From positions 3,894 through 67,893 of the forward strand of contig JAHEFZ010000009.1 in assembly GCA_024639935.1 (NCBI GenBank): a stretch of 64,000 nt of DNA, written 5' to 3'. Positions 19,242 to 27,903 of the stretch are shown piece by piece (position 1 is the first letter of the stretch; every line of letters begins with the position of its first letter). A program made the position numbers and the translations under genes. The notes below the pieces were generated by a model that worked only from the letters and a program-made list of their open reading frames with translations, was not told the origin of the DNA and did no database searches. Origin of the DNA: Microbacteriaceae bacterium. Lineage in GTDB: Bacteria; Actinomycetota; Actinomycetes; Actinomycetales; Microbacteriaceae.

Positions 19242-19352
19242 CCCACCTGTTTCTGCAGACAATCCACAGCCTCCCACCCGTTCCTGCAGACATCTCCCCA
19301 AAAAGTTGAGCTAGGTGCCTAAATTTGCGAATTGTCTGCAGAAACAGGTGGG
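19242..19352. repeat. 22-bp perfect inverted repeat (cccacctgtttctgcagacaat ... attgtctgcagaaacaggtggg) with a 67-bp spacer and a third degenerate direct copy at 19274..19294
   Basis: Read directly. Arms are 19242..19263 and 19331..19352. Each copy contains CTGCAGACA. It sits in the rsmA-ispE junction. Confidence 0.8.
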
Positions 19353-20251
19353 AGAGGGTGCGGGAGAGAGTGTGGGAGAGGGTGCGGGAAAGAGTGTGGG
19401 AGAGAGGGTGGGAGAGGGTAGGGGACAGAGGCGAGGGCAACGAACTGAGCGAGAGTGAGCTGTTCGCCGCGCGCGCGCGAATCAATCCCGGCTGCCTCAC
19501 ACAGGTCAGCGGCGGCGGACGTTGAGCCGGCAAGAGCAGAGAGCGCTTGCCGAAGCGTCTTGCGGCGCTGTCCGAACGCGGCATCCACGACCGCGAAGGT
19601 ACGGCGGCGGAGTGACTCGTCCCCGGGTGTCGCACGGGCTGTCATTCCGACAAGCACTGAGTCCACGTTGGGTTCTGGCCAGAAGACTCGGCGGGAAATT
19701 GTTCCTTCGATGTTCCAATCACCCCACCACGCCACCTTGACGCTCGGAACGCCGTAGATCTTTGACCCGGGTTCGGCAGCGATGCGTTGCCCGACCTCGG
19801 CCTGCACCATGACCAAAACGCGGCGAATCGTCGGGAAAGTTTCAAGAAGGTGGATGAGCACGGGAACCGACACGTTGTAGGGCAGGTTCGCGACGACGGC
19901 GGTCGGCGGCGCAGTTAGTTCCGTAACGGAAAGTGCATCGCCGTGGACGACGGTCAACATGCCGGCGCGGGCGTCATGTTCCTCGACCGTCGCTGGCAAC
20001 TTCGCGGCGAGCCTTGGGTCGATTTCAATCGCGGTGACGGGGTGCCCCTGTTCAAGCAAACCGAGGGTCAGCGAACCGAGTCCAGGACCAATCTCGACGA
20101 CCGATTCCGCCGGCGAAAGTTTCGCCGCTGTCACAATCTTGCGAACCGTGTTGGCGTCGTGGACAAAATTCTGTCCCCACTTTTTCGTCGGTGAGACATC
20201 GAATCTTCCGGCGAGAGCGCGAATTTCGCCGGCGCCGAGAAGTTTTACCAC
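19319..20251 (-). CDS. rsmA: 16S rRNA (adenine1518-N6/adenine1519-N6)-dimethyltransferase
   Basis: 310 aa. KKWGQNFVHD and VVEIGPGLGSLT SAM-binding motifs, then NLPYNVSVP. The last ~35 aa (PYPLPPSLPHSFPHPLPHSLPHPLPPVSADNSQI) are encoded by the tandem and inverted repeat DNA. Confidence 0.9.
   Translation of the reverse strand: MVKLLGAGEIRALAGRFDVSPTKKWGQNFVHDANTVRKIVTAAKLSPAESVVEIGPGLGSLTLGLLEQGHPVTAIEIDPRLAAKLPATVEEHDARAGMLTVVHGDALSVTELTAPPTAVVANLPYNVSVPVLIHLLETFPTIRRVLVMVQAEVGQRIAAEPGSKIYGVPSVKVAWWGDWNIEGTISRRVFWPEPNVDSVLVGMTARATPGDESLRRRTFAVVDAAFGQRRKTLRQALSALAGSTSAAADLCEAAGIDSRARGEQLTLAQFVALASVPYPLPPSLPHSFPHPLPHSLPHPLPPVSADNSQI
19350..19424. repeat. 24-bp tandem repeat (gggagagggtgcgggagagagtgt, 2 full units plus a degenerate third), G-rich on the + strand
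   Basis: Units at 19350..19373 and 19374..19397 differ by one mismatch. 19398..19424 reads GGGagagaGGGtGGGagaGGGtaGGGG, a canonical G4 motif. On the minus strand it encodes the LPHS/LPHP tail of the rsmA ORF. Confidence 0.8.
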
Positions 20252-21123
20252 TTTCCGTAAACCGATTCCGTGTTGCGGGCCACATCAGCGCCCAACTCGT
20301 CCACCGACACCCCGAGGTGGTCGGCCATAAAACGCAACGTCAAGGGGATCAGATACGGACCGTTCGGCCTCCCGCGGAATGGTGTCGGTGTGAGGAACGG
20401 CGCGTCCGTTTCGACCAACACGAGTTCACGCGGTGCAACGGACAACGCAGCGCGAATTCCTGTGGCGTTGCTGAACGTCACCGTGCCCGCGAATGACATG
20501 TACCACCCGTTATCGGCACAAATTTTCGCGAGTTCCGAATCACCAGAGAAACAGTGGAAGACGGTTTTCTCCGGGGCGCCGACACGCAATAGTGTCTCCA
20601 CCACGGCGCCGTGCGCATCGCGGTCGTGAATCTGGAGTGCGAGACCGTTCGTCTTCGCGATGTCGATGTGCGCCTCGAATGAATGCAATTGCGGAACTCG
20701 ACCCGGCTCCTCGGTGCGAAAGAAGTCCAGTCCCGTTTCCCCGACCGCACGGACACGCTCGCGCCCGGCAAGCTCCGCGATTCCCGCGATGTGTTCATCG
20801 AGCACTCCGCGCTCGGCTAGCCGCGGTGCTTCGTTCGGGTGAATGGCAACCGCGGCGAGAACCCGCGGGTCGCTGTCGGCTAGGTCGGCCCCCCAACGCG
20901 AGGTTTCGAGGTCGGTTCCAACCTGAACGACTCCTTTTATGCCCACCTCGACGGCACGCCGCAGGTTCTCTTCGGGCGGGAGGGGATTCTCACCATCGGC
21001 AATTTCAAGGTGCGTGTGGTTGTCATAAACCGGAACGACCAGCGATTCAGGAAGTGGCGGAAATTCGAGGTCACGCGTGACGTCCCCGTCGGTGTCCTTT
21101 CGCGCCCGCAACGGTTTCGACAC
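20245..21123 (-). CDS. tatD: TatD family metal-dependent hydrolase (DNase)
   Basis: DNHTHLE metal-binding start. Also LQIHDRDAH, FHCFSG and VETDAPFLTP motifs. Start set to the GTG at 21123, just after the metG stop. The track ATG at 21195 would overlap metG by 70 nt. Confidence 0.85.
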   Translation of the reverse strand: MSKPLRARKDTDGDVTRDLEFPPLPESLVVPVYDNHTHLEIADGENPLPPEENLRRAVEVGIKGVVQVGTDLETSRWGADLADSDPRVLAAVAIHPNEAPRLAERGVLDEHIAGIAELAGRERVRAVGETGLDFFRTEEPGRVPQLHSFEAHIDIAKTNGLALQIHDRDAHGAVVETLLRVGAPEKTVFHCFSGDSELAKICADNGWYMSFAGTVTFSNATGIRAALSVAPRELVLVETDAPFLTPTPFRGRPNGPYLIPLTLRFMADHLGVSVDELGADVARNTESVYGKW

Positions 21124-21125
21124 CG

Positions 21126-22697
21126 CTACTCCTCGATGCGTGGGAAAAGAGAGTCGAGGCCCGACACGCGGATTCCCGCAGGTGCGATCCCCCACTGGCC
21201 CGCGCGCGAGAGGTTTTGGTCTGCCAACGCCCCGAGGGCCTCACCGAGCCCGAGTGCGTCCCACAACTTGTGGGTAGCGGTCGGCATCACGGGCGACAGT
21301 CCCACGGAAACGGCGCGAAGTCCCTCCACCGCCGTGTACAACACGGTGTTCACCCGGTCGCGATTTGCGTCGTCTTTCGCCAAAATCCATGGCTCTTGTT
21401 CCGTGATGTACAAGTTCAGTGCATCGACGATTGTCCACACCGCGTTGATGGCGTCGTGAATCGCGAGGCGATCAATCGCCTTATTCGCCGTCTCGAACGC
21501 CTTCGAAACGGTGTCGACGATCACGGAGTCAGCGTCATTGATTTCCGATGCGGAAGGGACGACATCGTCGCAGTATCTATTGACCATTGCGATGACGCGA
21601 CTCGCGAGGTTTCCGAAACCGTTCGCCAACTCGGCCTGATAACGAGCCGCAAGGTCCTCCCACGAGAATGACCCGTCCTGGCCGAAATTAATAGCGCTCA
21701 TGAAGTAATAGCGGAAAGCATCGGCGCCGAACACGTCCGTGATCTGATGGGGGGCGATACCGGTCAACTTGGATTTTGACATTTTTTCGCCACCGACGAG
21801 CAACCAGCCGTGCCCAAACACGCGTCTCGGGGGCTCCAGACCGGCGGCCATGAGCATCGCTGGCCAGATGACCGCGTGGAATCGGGCGATGTCTTTTCCA
21901 ACGATGTGGATCGCCGGCCAGCGCTGTGCGAATTCGTCGTTGTCCGAGCCCCACCCCGTCGCCGAGATGTAGTTGAGCAGTGCGTCGAACCAGACGTAGA
22001 CGACGTGGCTGTCGTCCCACGGGATCTTGACACCCCAGTCGAAAGTCGCCCGTGAAATCGAGAGGTCGTCGAGCCCTCGTCGAACGAACGACATGATTTC
22101 GTTGCGGACGCTTTCGGGCTGGATGAAATCGGGCCGAGATTCGTAAAGGTCGAGAAGTTTCTGCTGGAAGTCGCCCATCCGGAAGAAATAGTTCGACTCC
22201 TTGAGCGTTTCGATGGGACGCGTGTGAATCGCACAAACCTTTTCGCCCGGGAACTCGTCGCCTCCATCCAGCAGATCGCCCGGCTGCTTGTATTCTTCGC
22301 ACCCCACGCAGTAAAAACCTTCGTATTCGCCGGAGTAGATGAATCCGTCGTCTTTAAGTTTTTGCAGGAATGTCGAGACCGCCACCTCGTGTCGCTCTTC
22401 GGTCGTGCGGATGAAGTCATCGTTCTGAATCGTGATGGTGTCGAGCAACGGCAGCCACGCGTCGGCGACGAGTTTGTCGGCCCATTCCTTTGGCGAAACG
22501 CCGTTCGCGGTCGACGTTCGAAGGATCTTCTGGCCATGTTCGTCGGTGCCAGTCAAAAGCCACGTGTTTTTGCCGTTTTGTCGATTCCAACGAGCGAGGA
22601 CGTCGGCGGCCACCTCGGTATAGGCGTGTCCGATGTGCGGAACATCGTTGACGTAAAAAATCGGGGTGGTGATGAAGTAGTTTTCGGCGCTCGACAT
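21126..22697 (-). CDS. metG: methionine--tRNA ligase
   Basis: 523 aa. Class-I HIGH motif (PHIGHAYT) and KMSKS motif present. Confidence 0.95.
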   Translation of the reverse strand: MSSAENYFITTPIFYVNDVPHIGHAYTEVAADVLARWNRQNGKNTWLLTGTDEHGQKILRTSTANGVSPKEWADKLVADAWLPLLDTITIQNDDFIRTTEERHEVAVSTFLQKLKDDGFIYSGEYEGFYCVGCEEYKQPGDLLDGGDEFPGEKVCAIHTRPIETLKESNYFFRMGDFQQKLLDLYESRPDFIQPESVRNEIMSFVRRGLDDLSISRATFDWGVKIPWDDSHVVYVWFDALLNYISATGWGSDNDEFAQRWPAIHIVGKDIARFHAVIWPAMLMAAGLEPPRRVFGHGWLLVGGEKMSKSKLTGIAPHQITDVFGADAFRYYFMSAINFGQDGSFSWEDLAARYQAELANGFGNLASRVIAMVNRYCDDVVPSASEINDADSVIVDTVSKAFETANKAIDRLAIHDAINAVWTIVDALNLYITEQEPWILAKDDANRDRVNTVLYTAVEGLRAVSVGLSPVMPTATHKLWDALGLGEALGALADQNLSRAGQWGIAPAGIRVSGLDSLFPRIEE

Positions 22698-22709
22698 GTT
22701 GTGTCCAGT

Positions 22710-23528
22710 TTACGCGTCGCGGGAACGCGTCAGCGCGGCCGAGTAGAGGTCGCGCCCGGGAATTCCAGTCGCGTCGGCGACGGCGCGGCTCGCTTCCTTG
22801 AGCCTTTCACCCGAGGCAACACGGGCAACGACGTCGGAGACCGCGTCCTCGAGCGACATCACTACCACCTCGGCACCCGCCACGAGTAAGACGATCTCGC
22901 CGCGGTTCTCTCCCGCGAATTTTTCCGCAAGTTCCGCGAGTGTTCCCCTCACGATTTCCTCGTAAATCTTGGAAAGTTCCCGAACAACGGTGGCGAGCCG
23001 ATCTGGTCCGAACGAGTCCCGAGCGGCGACAAGAGTGTCCGTTAGTCGATGGGGCGATTCGTAGAAGATGAGCGTGCGAGGCTCGCGGGCGAGGCTCGCG
23101 AAATACTTGGACTGACCCTTTCGAGGTATGAACCCTTCGAACGCGAATCGGTCGGTCGGTAGCCCCGACGCGGCGAGTGCCGCAATGGCCGCGGACGGGC
23201 CGGGAATCACGGTGACGGCAACTCCGAATTCGTGGGCGGTTCGCACAACGACGTACCCGGGATCGCTAATCCCGGGCATTCCGGCATCGCTCACCATAAC
23301 GACATCGCTGTCCTGCGCAAGCCGAACAATATCGGCGGCTTTGGCGACCTCGTTGTGCTCGTGCAGCGCAATCAGTTTCGCGTTCGTTGTCACGCCGAGT
23401 GCGTTAAGGAGGTGCTTCGTGGTTCTGGTGTCCTCGGCCACAATGATGTTGGCGTTCGCGAGCGCTTCGCGCACGCGGGGTGATGCATCACCGAGATTGC
23501 CGATGGGGGTCGCCGCGAGGATGAGCAC
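22710..23528 (-). CDS. rsmI: 16S rRNA (cytidine1402-2'-O)-methyltransferase
   Basis: 272 aa. N-terminal ATPIGNLGD..R..E.L......AEDTR and later SDAGMPGISDPG are typical of the tetrapyrrole-methylase-fold RsmI. Confidence 0.9.
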   Translation of the reverse strand: MLILAATPIGNLGDASPRVREALANANIIVAEDTRTTKHLLNALGVTTNAKLIALHEHNEVAKAADIVRLAQDSDVVMVSDAGMPGISDPGYVVVRTAHEFGVAVTVIPGPSAAIAALAASGLPTDRFAFEGFIPRKGQSKYFASLAREPRTLIFYESPHRLTDTLVAARDSFGPDRLATVVRELSKIYEEIVRGTLAELAEKFAGENRGEIVLLVAGAEVVVMSLEDAVSDVVARVASGERLKEASRAVADATGIPGRDLYSAALTRSRDA

Positions 23529-23556
23529 ACGCCCATTCTCGCGTACCGTGTTGCCT

Positions 23557-24975
23557 ATGGCTGTCTCCGTCCGCCTCCGCGAGGTTTATGCTCGCATCGG
23601 CGCGTTGTCACCACGGCTTCACACCGTCCTTGTGTATGGACCGGTTCTGCTTATTGCTTCACTCATCCGCCTCGTCAATCTGCAGAGTCCCTCGGCACTT
23701 GTTTTCGACGAGGTGTACTACGTTCGGGACGCCTGGACACTCTGGAACCTCGGCTACGAGGCGGAATGGATTCCCACTGCCGATTTCGCGGGCGGCGATG
23801 TGAACGGCTTCACGCGTGTCGGTGATTTCATCGCGCACCCTCCACTCGGCAAATGGATCATCGGTTTCGGACTGGCGCTGTTCGGTCCTGAGAACCCGTT
23901 CGGGTGGCGCATCGCGACGGCAATTTCGGGAATCGTCGTCGTGTTTCTCGTCATGCTGATTGCTCGTCGCCTGTTCTCGTCGATCACCGCGGCGGCTGTC
24001 GCCGGTTTATTTGTCGCCATCGACGGAATCGCCATCACGATGAGTCGTACCGCTCTTCTCGACGGGATGCTCGCGATGTTCGTCCTCGCGGCATTCCTCG
24101 CCGTCCTTCGCCATCTCGACACCCCGGGGTGGGGTGGGTGGTTGTTGCTTATCGGTGTGCTTCTCGGTGCCGCGACGGCGGTGAAGTGGAGCGGACTTTT
24201 CGCGATCGCCGCCTTCGGGTTGTGGGTTGTCGTCGTCGAAACCATTCGAAGCCGTCACGCGGTCCGTGGCAGGTCTTTCTTCTGGCGCTCGGGTCTCCGA
24301 GCGATCCGTTCGTTCGCACTAGTTGTCCCCGCTGCATTCGTCGTGTACGTCGTGTCATGGTCAGGCTGGATCCTGTCGGCCGGCGGGTATTCGCGCGCGT
24401 GGGCGACCAAGGCTGGTTTCGACGACGATCCAATCGGGGTTGCGCGCTCACTGTGGAAGTATCACAACGACATTTACCTCTATAACATCGGTTTGGACTC
24501 GCCGCACGGCTATCAGGCGAGCCCTTTCGGTTGGCTCGCCATGGTTCGTCCGACAGCGTTTTATTACGAACCGGTGGGTAACGATGGTCTCGTCCAATAC
24601 ATCACCAGCATCGCCAACCCGGTCGTCTGGTGGGCTGGCTCACTCTCGCTCGTTGCCGTCATCGTCATGGTCATTCGAAAATCGACAGGGCAGAACATTG
24701 CCATTCTCGTCGGGGTCATCGCGACGTATGTTCCGTGGCTCTTTTTCTCACAGCGCACCGTTTTTCAGTTTTACACGGTCACTCTCGAGCCGTTCCTCGT
24801 TCTCGCGCTTGTGGCCGTCCTTGTGTGGCTATGGAAACACCAGCTTCGGGCGTTTGTGGTGAACTTTGTGATTGTCGTCCTCGCCGTCTCGACGTTCTTC
24901 CTGCCCGTGTGGATGGGCATTCCCATCCCCGAGTGGTTCGCGATCATTCACTACTGGTTTCCGAGTTGGATCTAG
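23557..24975 (+). CDS. pmt: dolichyl-phosphate-mannose--protein mannosyltransferase (GT39, Pmt-like)
   Basis: Polytopic membrane protein with VFDEVYYVRDAW (the DE motif of GT39/PMT) near the N-terminus. Divergent from rsmI, as in mycobacteria. Start trimmed to the ATG at 23557. The track ORF from 23128 is antisense to rsmI. Confidence 0.85.
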   Translation: MAVSVRLREVYARIGALSPRLHTVLVYGPVLLIASLIRLVNLQSPSALVFDEVYYVRDAWTLWNLGYEAEWIPTADFAGGDVNGFTRVGDFIAHPPLGKWIIGFGLALFGPENPFGWRIATAISGIVVVFLVMLIARRLFSSITAAAVAGLFVAIDGIAITMSRTALLDGMLAMFVLAAFLAVLRHLDTPGWGGWLLLIGVLLGAATAVKWSGLFAIAAFGLWVVVVETIRSRHAVRGRSFFWRSGLRAIRSFALVVPAAFVVYVVSWSGWILSAGGYSRAWATKAGFDDDPIGVARSLWKYHNDIYLYNIGLDSPHGYQASPFGWLAMVRPTAFYYEPVGNDGLVQYITSIANPVVWWAGSLSLVAVIVMVIRKSTGQNIAILVGVIATYVPWLFFSQRTVFQFYTVTLEPFLVLALVAVLVWLWKHQLRAFVVNFVIVVLAVSTFFLPVWMGIPIPEWFAIIHYWFPSWI

Positions 24976-25040
24976 TAACCATACTTTCTCTAGTCTTATG
25001 GTAGTGTTAGGGCAACCTTCGACCCCAAGGAGAACCCTCC

Positions 25041-25898
25041 ATGCTTGATCTCGCCCTCGCCGCCGAAGTGGCGCCCGCTCTCACCGGCATCGATTTCGGA
25101 TACACGCTGGCCGGAATCGTCACCGGCCTCGTCGTGGGAATAACGGGCGTGGGAGGCGGGGCGGTCATGACCCCAATCCTCATCTTGTTGTTGGGGGTCG
25201 CCCCCGCCACGGCGGTCGCAACCGACCTGTGGTTCGCGGCCATCACGAAACTCTTCGGGGCCGGAATCCACGGCGTCGGCGGAAACATTGACTGGCAAGT
25301 CGTGCGCCGATTGTGGATGGGCTCGATCCCGGTCGCAATCGCCGTTGCCGTGCTCGTGGCGATAAACGCGAAACCCGAAAAGGTGTCGTGGTTGACCACC
25401 GCCATCGGTGTCGTCATTCTGATCACCGCAATTGGCATGTTCCTTGCTCCGATTCTCATCAAAGCGGCACAAGCAAACCGCACCGAAACGCCCGCGAAGT
25501 TCCACAATTTCCAGGGGCCGGCGACCGTCTTTTCCGGCGGAGTAGTAGGCGGCCTTGTCGCACTCACCTCAGTCGGGGCTGGTGCTCTCGGGTCGGTGGC
25601 AATGACCGCCATCTATCCGTACCGGATGACTCCACACCGCCTTGTCGCGACCGATATCGCCCACGCCATTCCGCTCGCGGTTGTCGCGGGCACCGGGTAT
25701 ATCGTCACGGGTCTCATCGCGGGAATCGGAATCGTCGTCGATCCGTGGATGCTCGCCAGCATGCTCCTCGGGTCAATCCCCACCATCATCGCCGGATCAT
25801 TCCTCGCCCGCCGAGTAAAACCGCGCGCAATCCAAATCGCGCTGGCCTCCGTCCTACTCTTCGTGGCCATCAGCGCAATTTTCCCGTTCGCTGCCTAA
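25041..25898 (+). CDS. sulfite exporter TauE/SafE (TSUP) family membrane protein
   Basis: 285 aa, about 8 TM segments. Has the duplicated G-rich motif (GITGVGGGAVMTPILILLLG / ALTSVGAGALGS). Confidence 0.85.
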   Translation: MLDLALAAEVAPALTGIDFGYTLAGIVTGLVVGITGVGGGAVMTPILILLLGVAPATAVATDLWFAAITKLFGAGIHGVGGNIDWQVVRRLWMGSIPVAIAVAVLVAINAKPEKVSWLTTAIGVVILITAIGMFLAPILIKAAQANRTETPAKFHNFQGPATVFSGGVVGGLVALTSVGAGALGSVAMTAIYPYRMTPHRLVATDIAHAIPLAVVAGTGYIVTGLIAGIGIVVDPWMLASMLLGSIPTIIAGSFLARRVKPRAIQIALASVLLFVAISAIFPFAA

Positions 25899-26731
25899 TC
25901 CCAGTTTCCGTCGGCTGGCGCTGCTCCGACTCGGTGGCCTGCGTCGAATCCGCGAATTTCGTCCATGTCGTCGGCGCTGATCTCGAAATCAAATATCGAA
26001 AGGTTTTCGGCAAGCCGGTCTTTATGCGACGTCTTGGGGAAAACAATGAGACCCTCCTGGATGTGCCACCGCAACACCACCTGGGCAATCGTCTTCTCAT
26101 AACGTGCTGCTAAATTCGCGAGCGCCGGGATTTCGGTGCTCAGGTCGACCGACCCGTGCCCTAAGGGACCCCACGATTCCGTGGCGATGCCGCGCTTCGC
26201 GTGCTCGGCCCGCAGAGCCTTTTGTTGGAATAACGGATGCAATTCGACTTGATTCAACACGGGAACAACGTCGCTCACCGCGGCGATTGCGTCAAGATGT
26301 TCGGGCTCGAAGTTGCTGACGCCAATCGAGGTCGTGAGTCCGTCCTGCTTTAGGACCTCGAGTTGCTTCCACGCGTCGACATAGGTTCCGCGCTGTGGCG
26401 CCGGCCAGTGGATGAGGTAAAGATCGACGTGCTCCAGTCCGAGACGGTCGAGTGAGGAACTAATCGCGTCGCGCGCCTTGGGCTGGTCGCCGTTCCATAA
26501 TTTCGTGGTGATGTAGAGGTCATCGCGCGGGATTCCGCTCTCACGAATTGCTCGGCCGATTCCCGTCTCGTTTTTGTAGATGCGGGCAGTGTCGATGTGA
26601 CGGTAGCCGATTGCCAGTGCGTCGGATGCGACGCGGTAGGCATCGTCATCCTCCAGACGATAGGTACCAAGTCCTAACTGAGGAATCGAAGTGTCGTCGT
26701 TCAGCGAAATGGAGTTAACAGGAAACGTCAT
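25895..26731 (-). CDS. aldo/keto reductase (DkgA-like)
   Basis: 278 aa. IPQLGLGTY, GYRHIDTARIY, LWN, LDLYLIHWP and IPKS-like (FPKTSH) motifs. Confidence 0.9.
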   Translation of the reverse strand: MTFPVNSISLNDDTSIPQLGLGTYRLEDDDAYRVASDALAIGYRHIDTARIYKNETGIGRAIRESGIPRDDLYITTKLWNGDQPKARDAISSSLDRLGLEHVDLYLIHWPAPQRGTYVDAWKQLEVLKQDGLTTSIGVSNFEPEHLDAIAAVSDVVPVLNQVELHPLFQQKALRAEHAKRGIATESWGPLGHGSVDLSTEIPALANLAARYEKTIAQVVLRWHIQEGLIVFPKTSHKDRLAENLSIFDFEISADDMDEIRGFDAGHRVGAAPADGNWD

Positions 26732-26769
26732 GCCCCCAGTTTACTGAGGGCATGACGTCGTGACTCCGG

Positions 26770-27762
26770 TTAGGACGCTTTCGCCGTGGCGCCTGAGTTG
26801 ACCTCGTACGAGGTGTTGGTCGACTCGAAGAAGTTGACCAACTGCAGTGTGTCGTTGGCGGCGGCCATCCACTTGGCGGGGTTCGGCACCTTGTAGTGCG
26901 CTTCGAATCCGAGCTCTTCGAGACGGCGGTCGGCCATGTGCTTGGTGTACTGGGTGATGTATTCCGCGTTGAGACCAAGAATTCCGTTGGGAATCATCGC
27001 CTTGTTGTATTCCTCTTCCATCACCACAGAATCCAAAATCATCTGCTTGATTTCGTCCGCGAATTCTGCCGTGGCAATATCGGGGTTCTCTTCGAGGACC
27101 GTGAGGATGAGGTTGATTCCGAACTTGAGGTGCAGCGACTCGTCGCGAACAATCCAGTCAACGAGCGATCCGAAGTTGCGCAGCAGGTTGCGCTGGCGGA
27201 ACGACAGGGCGACCATGAATCCGGTGTAGAACCAGATACCTTCCATGATGACCGAGTACGCGACGAGGTTACGGACGAAGTCCTGCTTGCCCTCGGTGGT
27301 CGTGATGTCGAGGCTGCGTTCTGCCATGCGCTTGATGAATCTGACTTCGAACTCTTCCTTGGCGGCAATCGCAGGGTGATCGACGTGTTGAGCATAAATC
27401 TTTTCACGGTCAACCGGGAATGTTTCGAGAATGTACTCGAAGCTCATGCAGTGGTTCGCTTCTTCCCACATTTGCTTGGCGAGGTAGAGGTGCGCCTCGG
27501 CTGCGTTGAGGTACGGATAGACCCCGAACGCGAGCGCCTTGTTGACGATCAGTTCCGACGGGTTGAAGAAGGACATGAGGAACGTGATTGCTTGTTGTTC
27601 CTCGTCCGTCATTTTTTTGAAGTCGGCGATATCTTCGCCGAGCTGAATTTCGTTGGGGAACCATGTGTTCGCAACGGCCTGGTTGTACAGGTCCATCGCC
27701 CACTGGTATCGAACGGGCTTCAAGAGAAGGCCGTCCTGAATTCCTGTTCCGAGAATTCCCAT
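26770..27762 (-). CDS. nrdB: class I ribonucleotide reductase small (beta/R2) subunit
   Basis: 330 aa ferritin-like protein with the EE.NH and E..H di-metal ligand blocks (WEEANHCMSF, VIMEGIWFYTGF, RDESLHLKFG). Immediately downstream of nrdA. Confidence 0.92.
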   Translation of the reverse strand: MGILGTGIQDGLLLKPVRYQWAMDLYNQAVANTWFPNEIQLGEDIADFKKMTDEEQQAITFLMSFFNPSELIVNKALAFGVYPYLNAAEAHLYLAKQMWEEANHCMSFEYILETFPVDREKIYAQHVDHPAIAAKEEFEVRFIKRMAERSLDITTTEGKQDFVRNLVAYSVIMEGIWFYTGFMVALSFRQRNLLRNFGSLVDWIVRDESLHLKFGINLILTVLEENPDIATAEFADEIKQMILDSVVMEEEYNKAMIPNGILGLNAEYITQYTKHMADRRLEELGFEAHYKVPNPAKWMAAANDTLQLVNFFESTNTSYEVNSGATAKAS

Positions 27763-27846
27763 GATTGCTCCTTAAAAGTGTTGTGGTGAATGTTGTGATG
27801 CGGATATTAGCCGCGGGCGGTTTTTACTGGCACGATTCGCACTGGA

Positions 27847-27865
27847 GTAGATCCATGGGATCTAC
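27847..27865. repeat. 8-bp inverted repeat gtagatcc-atg-ggatctac in the nrdA-nrdB spacer
   Basis: Read directly. Possibly an intercistronic mRNA hairpin. Confidence 0.5.
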
Positions 27866-27903
27866 CGGTACCGAATATTCTCCTACCTGAGAGTCGAGCG
27901 GAT

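Noticed and set aside
19219-19635. 139-codon N-terminal extension of the ispE ORF (LSHTLSRTLSHTLSRTLSH...)
   Set aside because: The extension is translated from the tandem and inverted repeat DNA and overlaps rsmA. A canonical IspE N-terminus (MSVKSVTAVAPGKINVYLRVG) starts at the ATG at 19218.
23128-23556. 143-codon N-terminal extension of the pmt ORF
   Set aside because: It is antisense to rsmI and lacks hydrophobic segments. The GT39 membrane protein plausibly starts at the ATG at 23557 in the rsmI-pmt divergent spacer.
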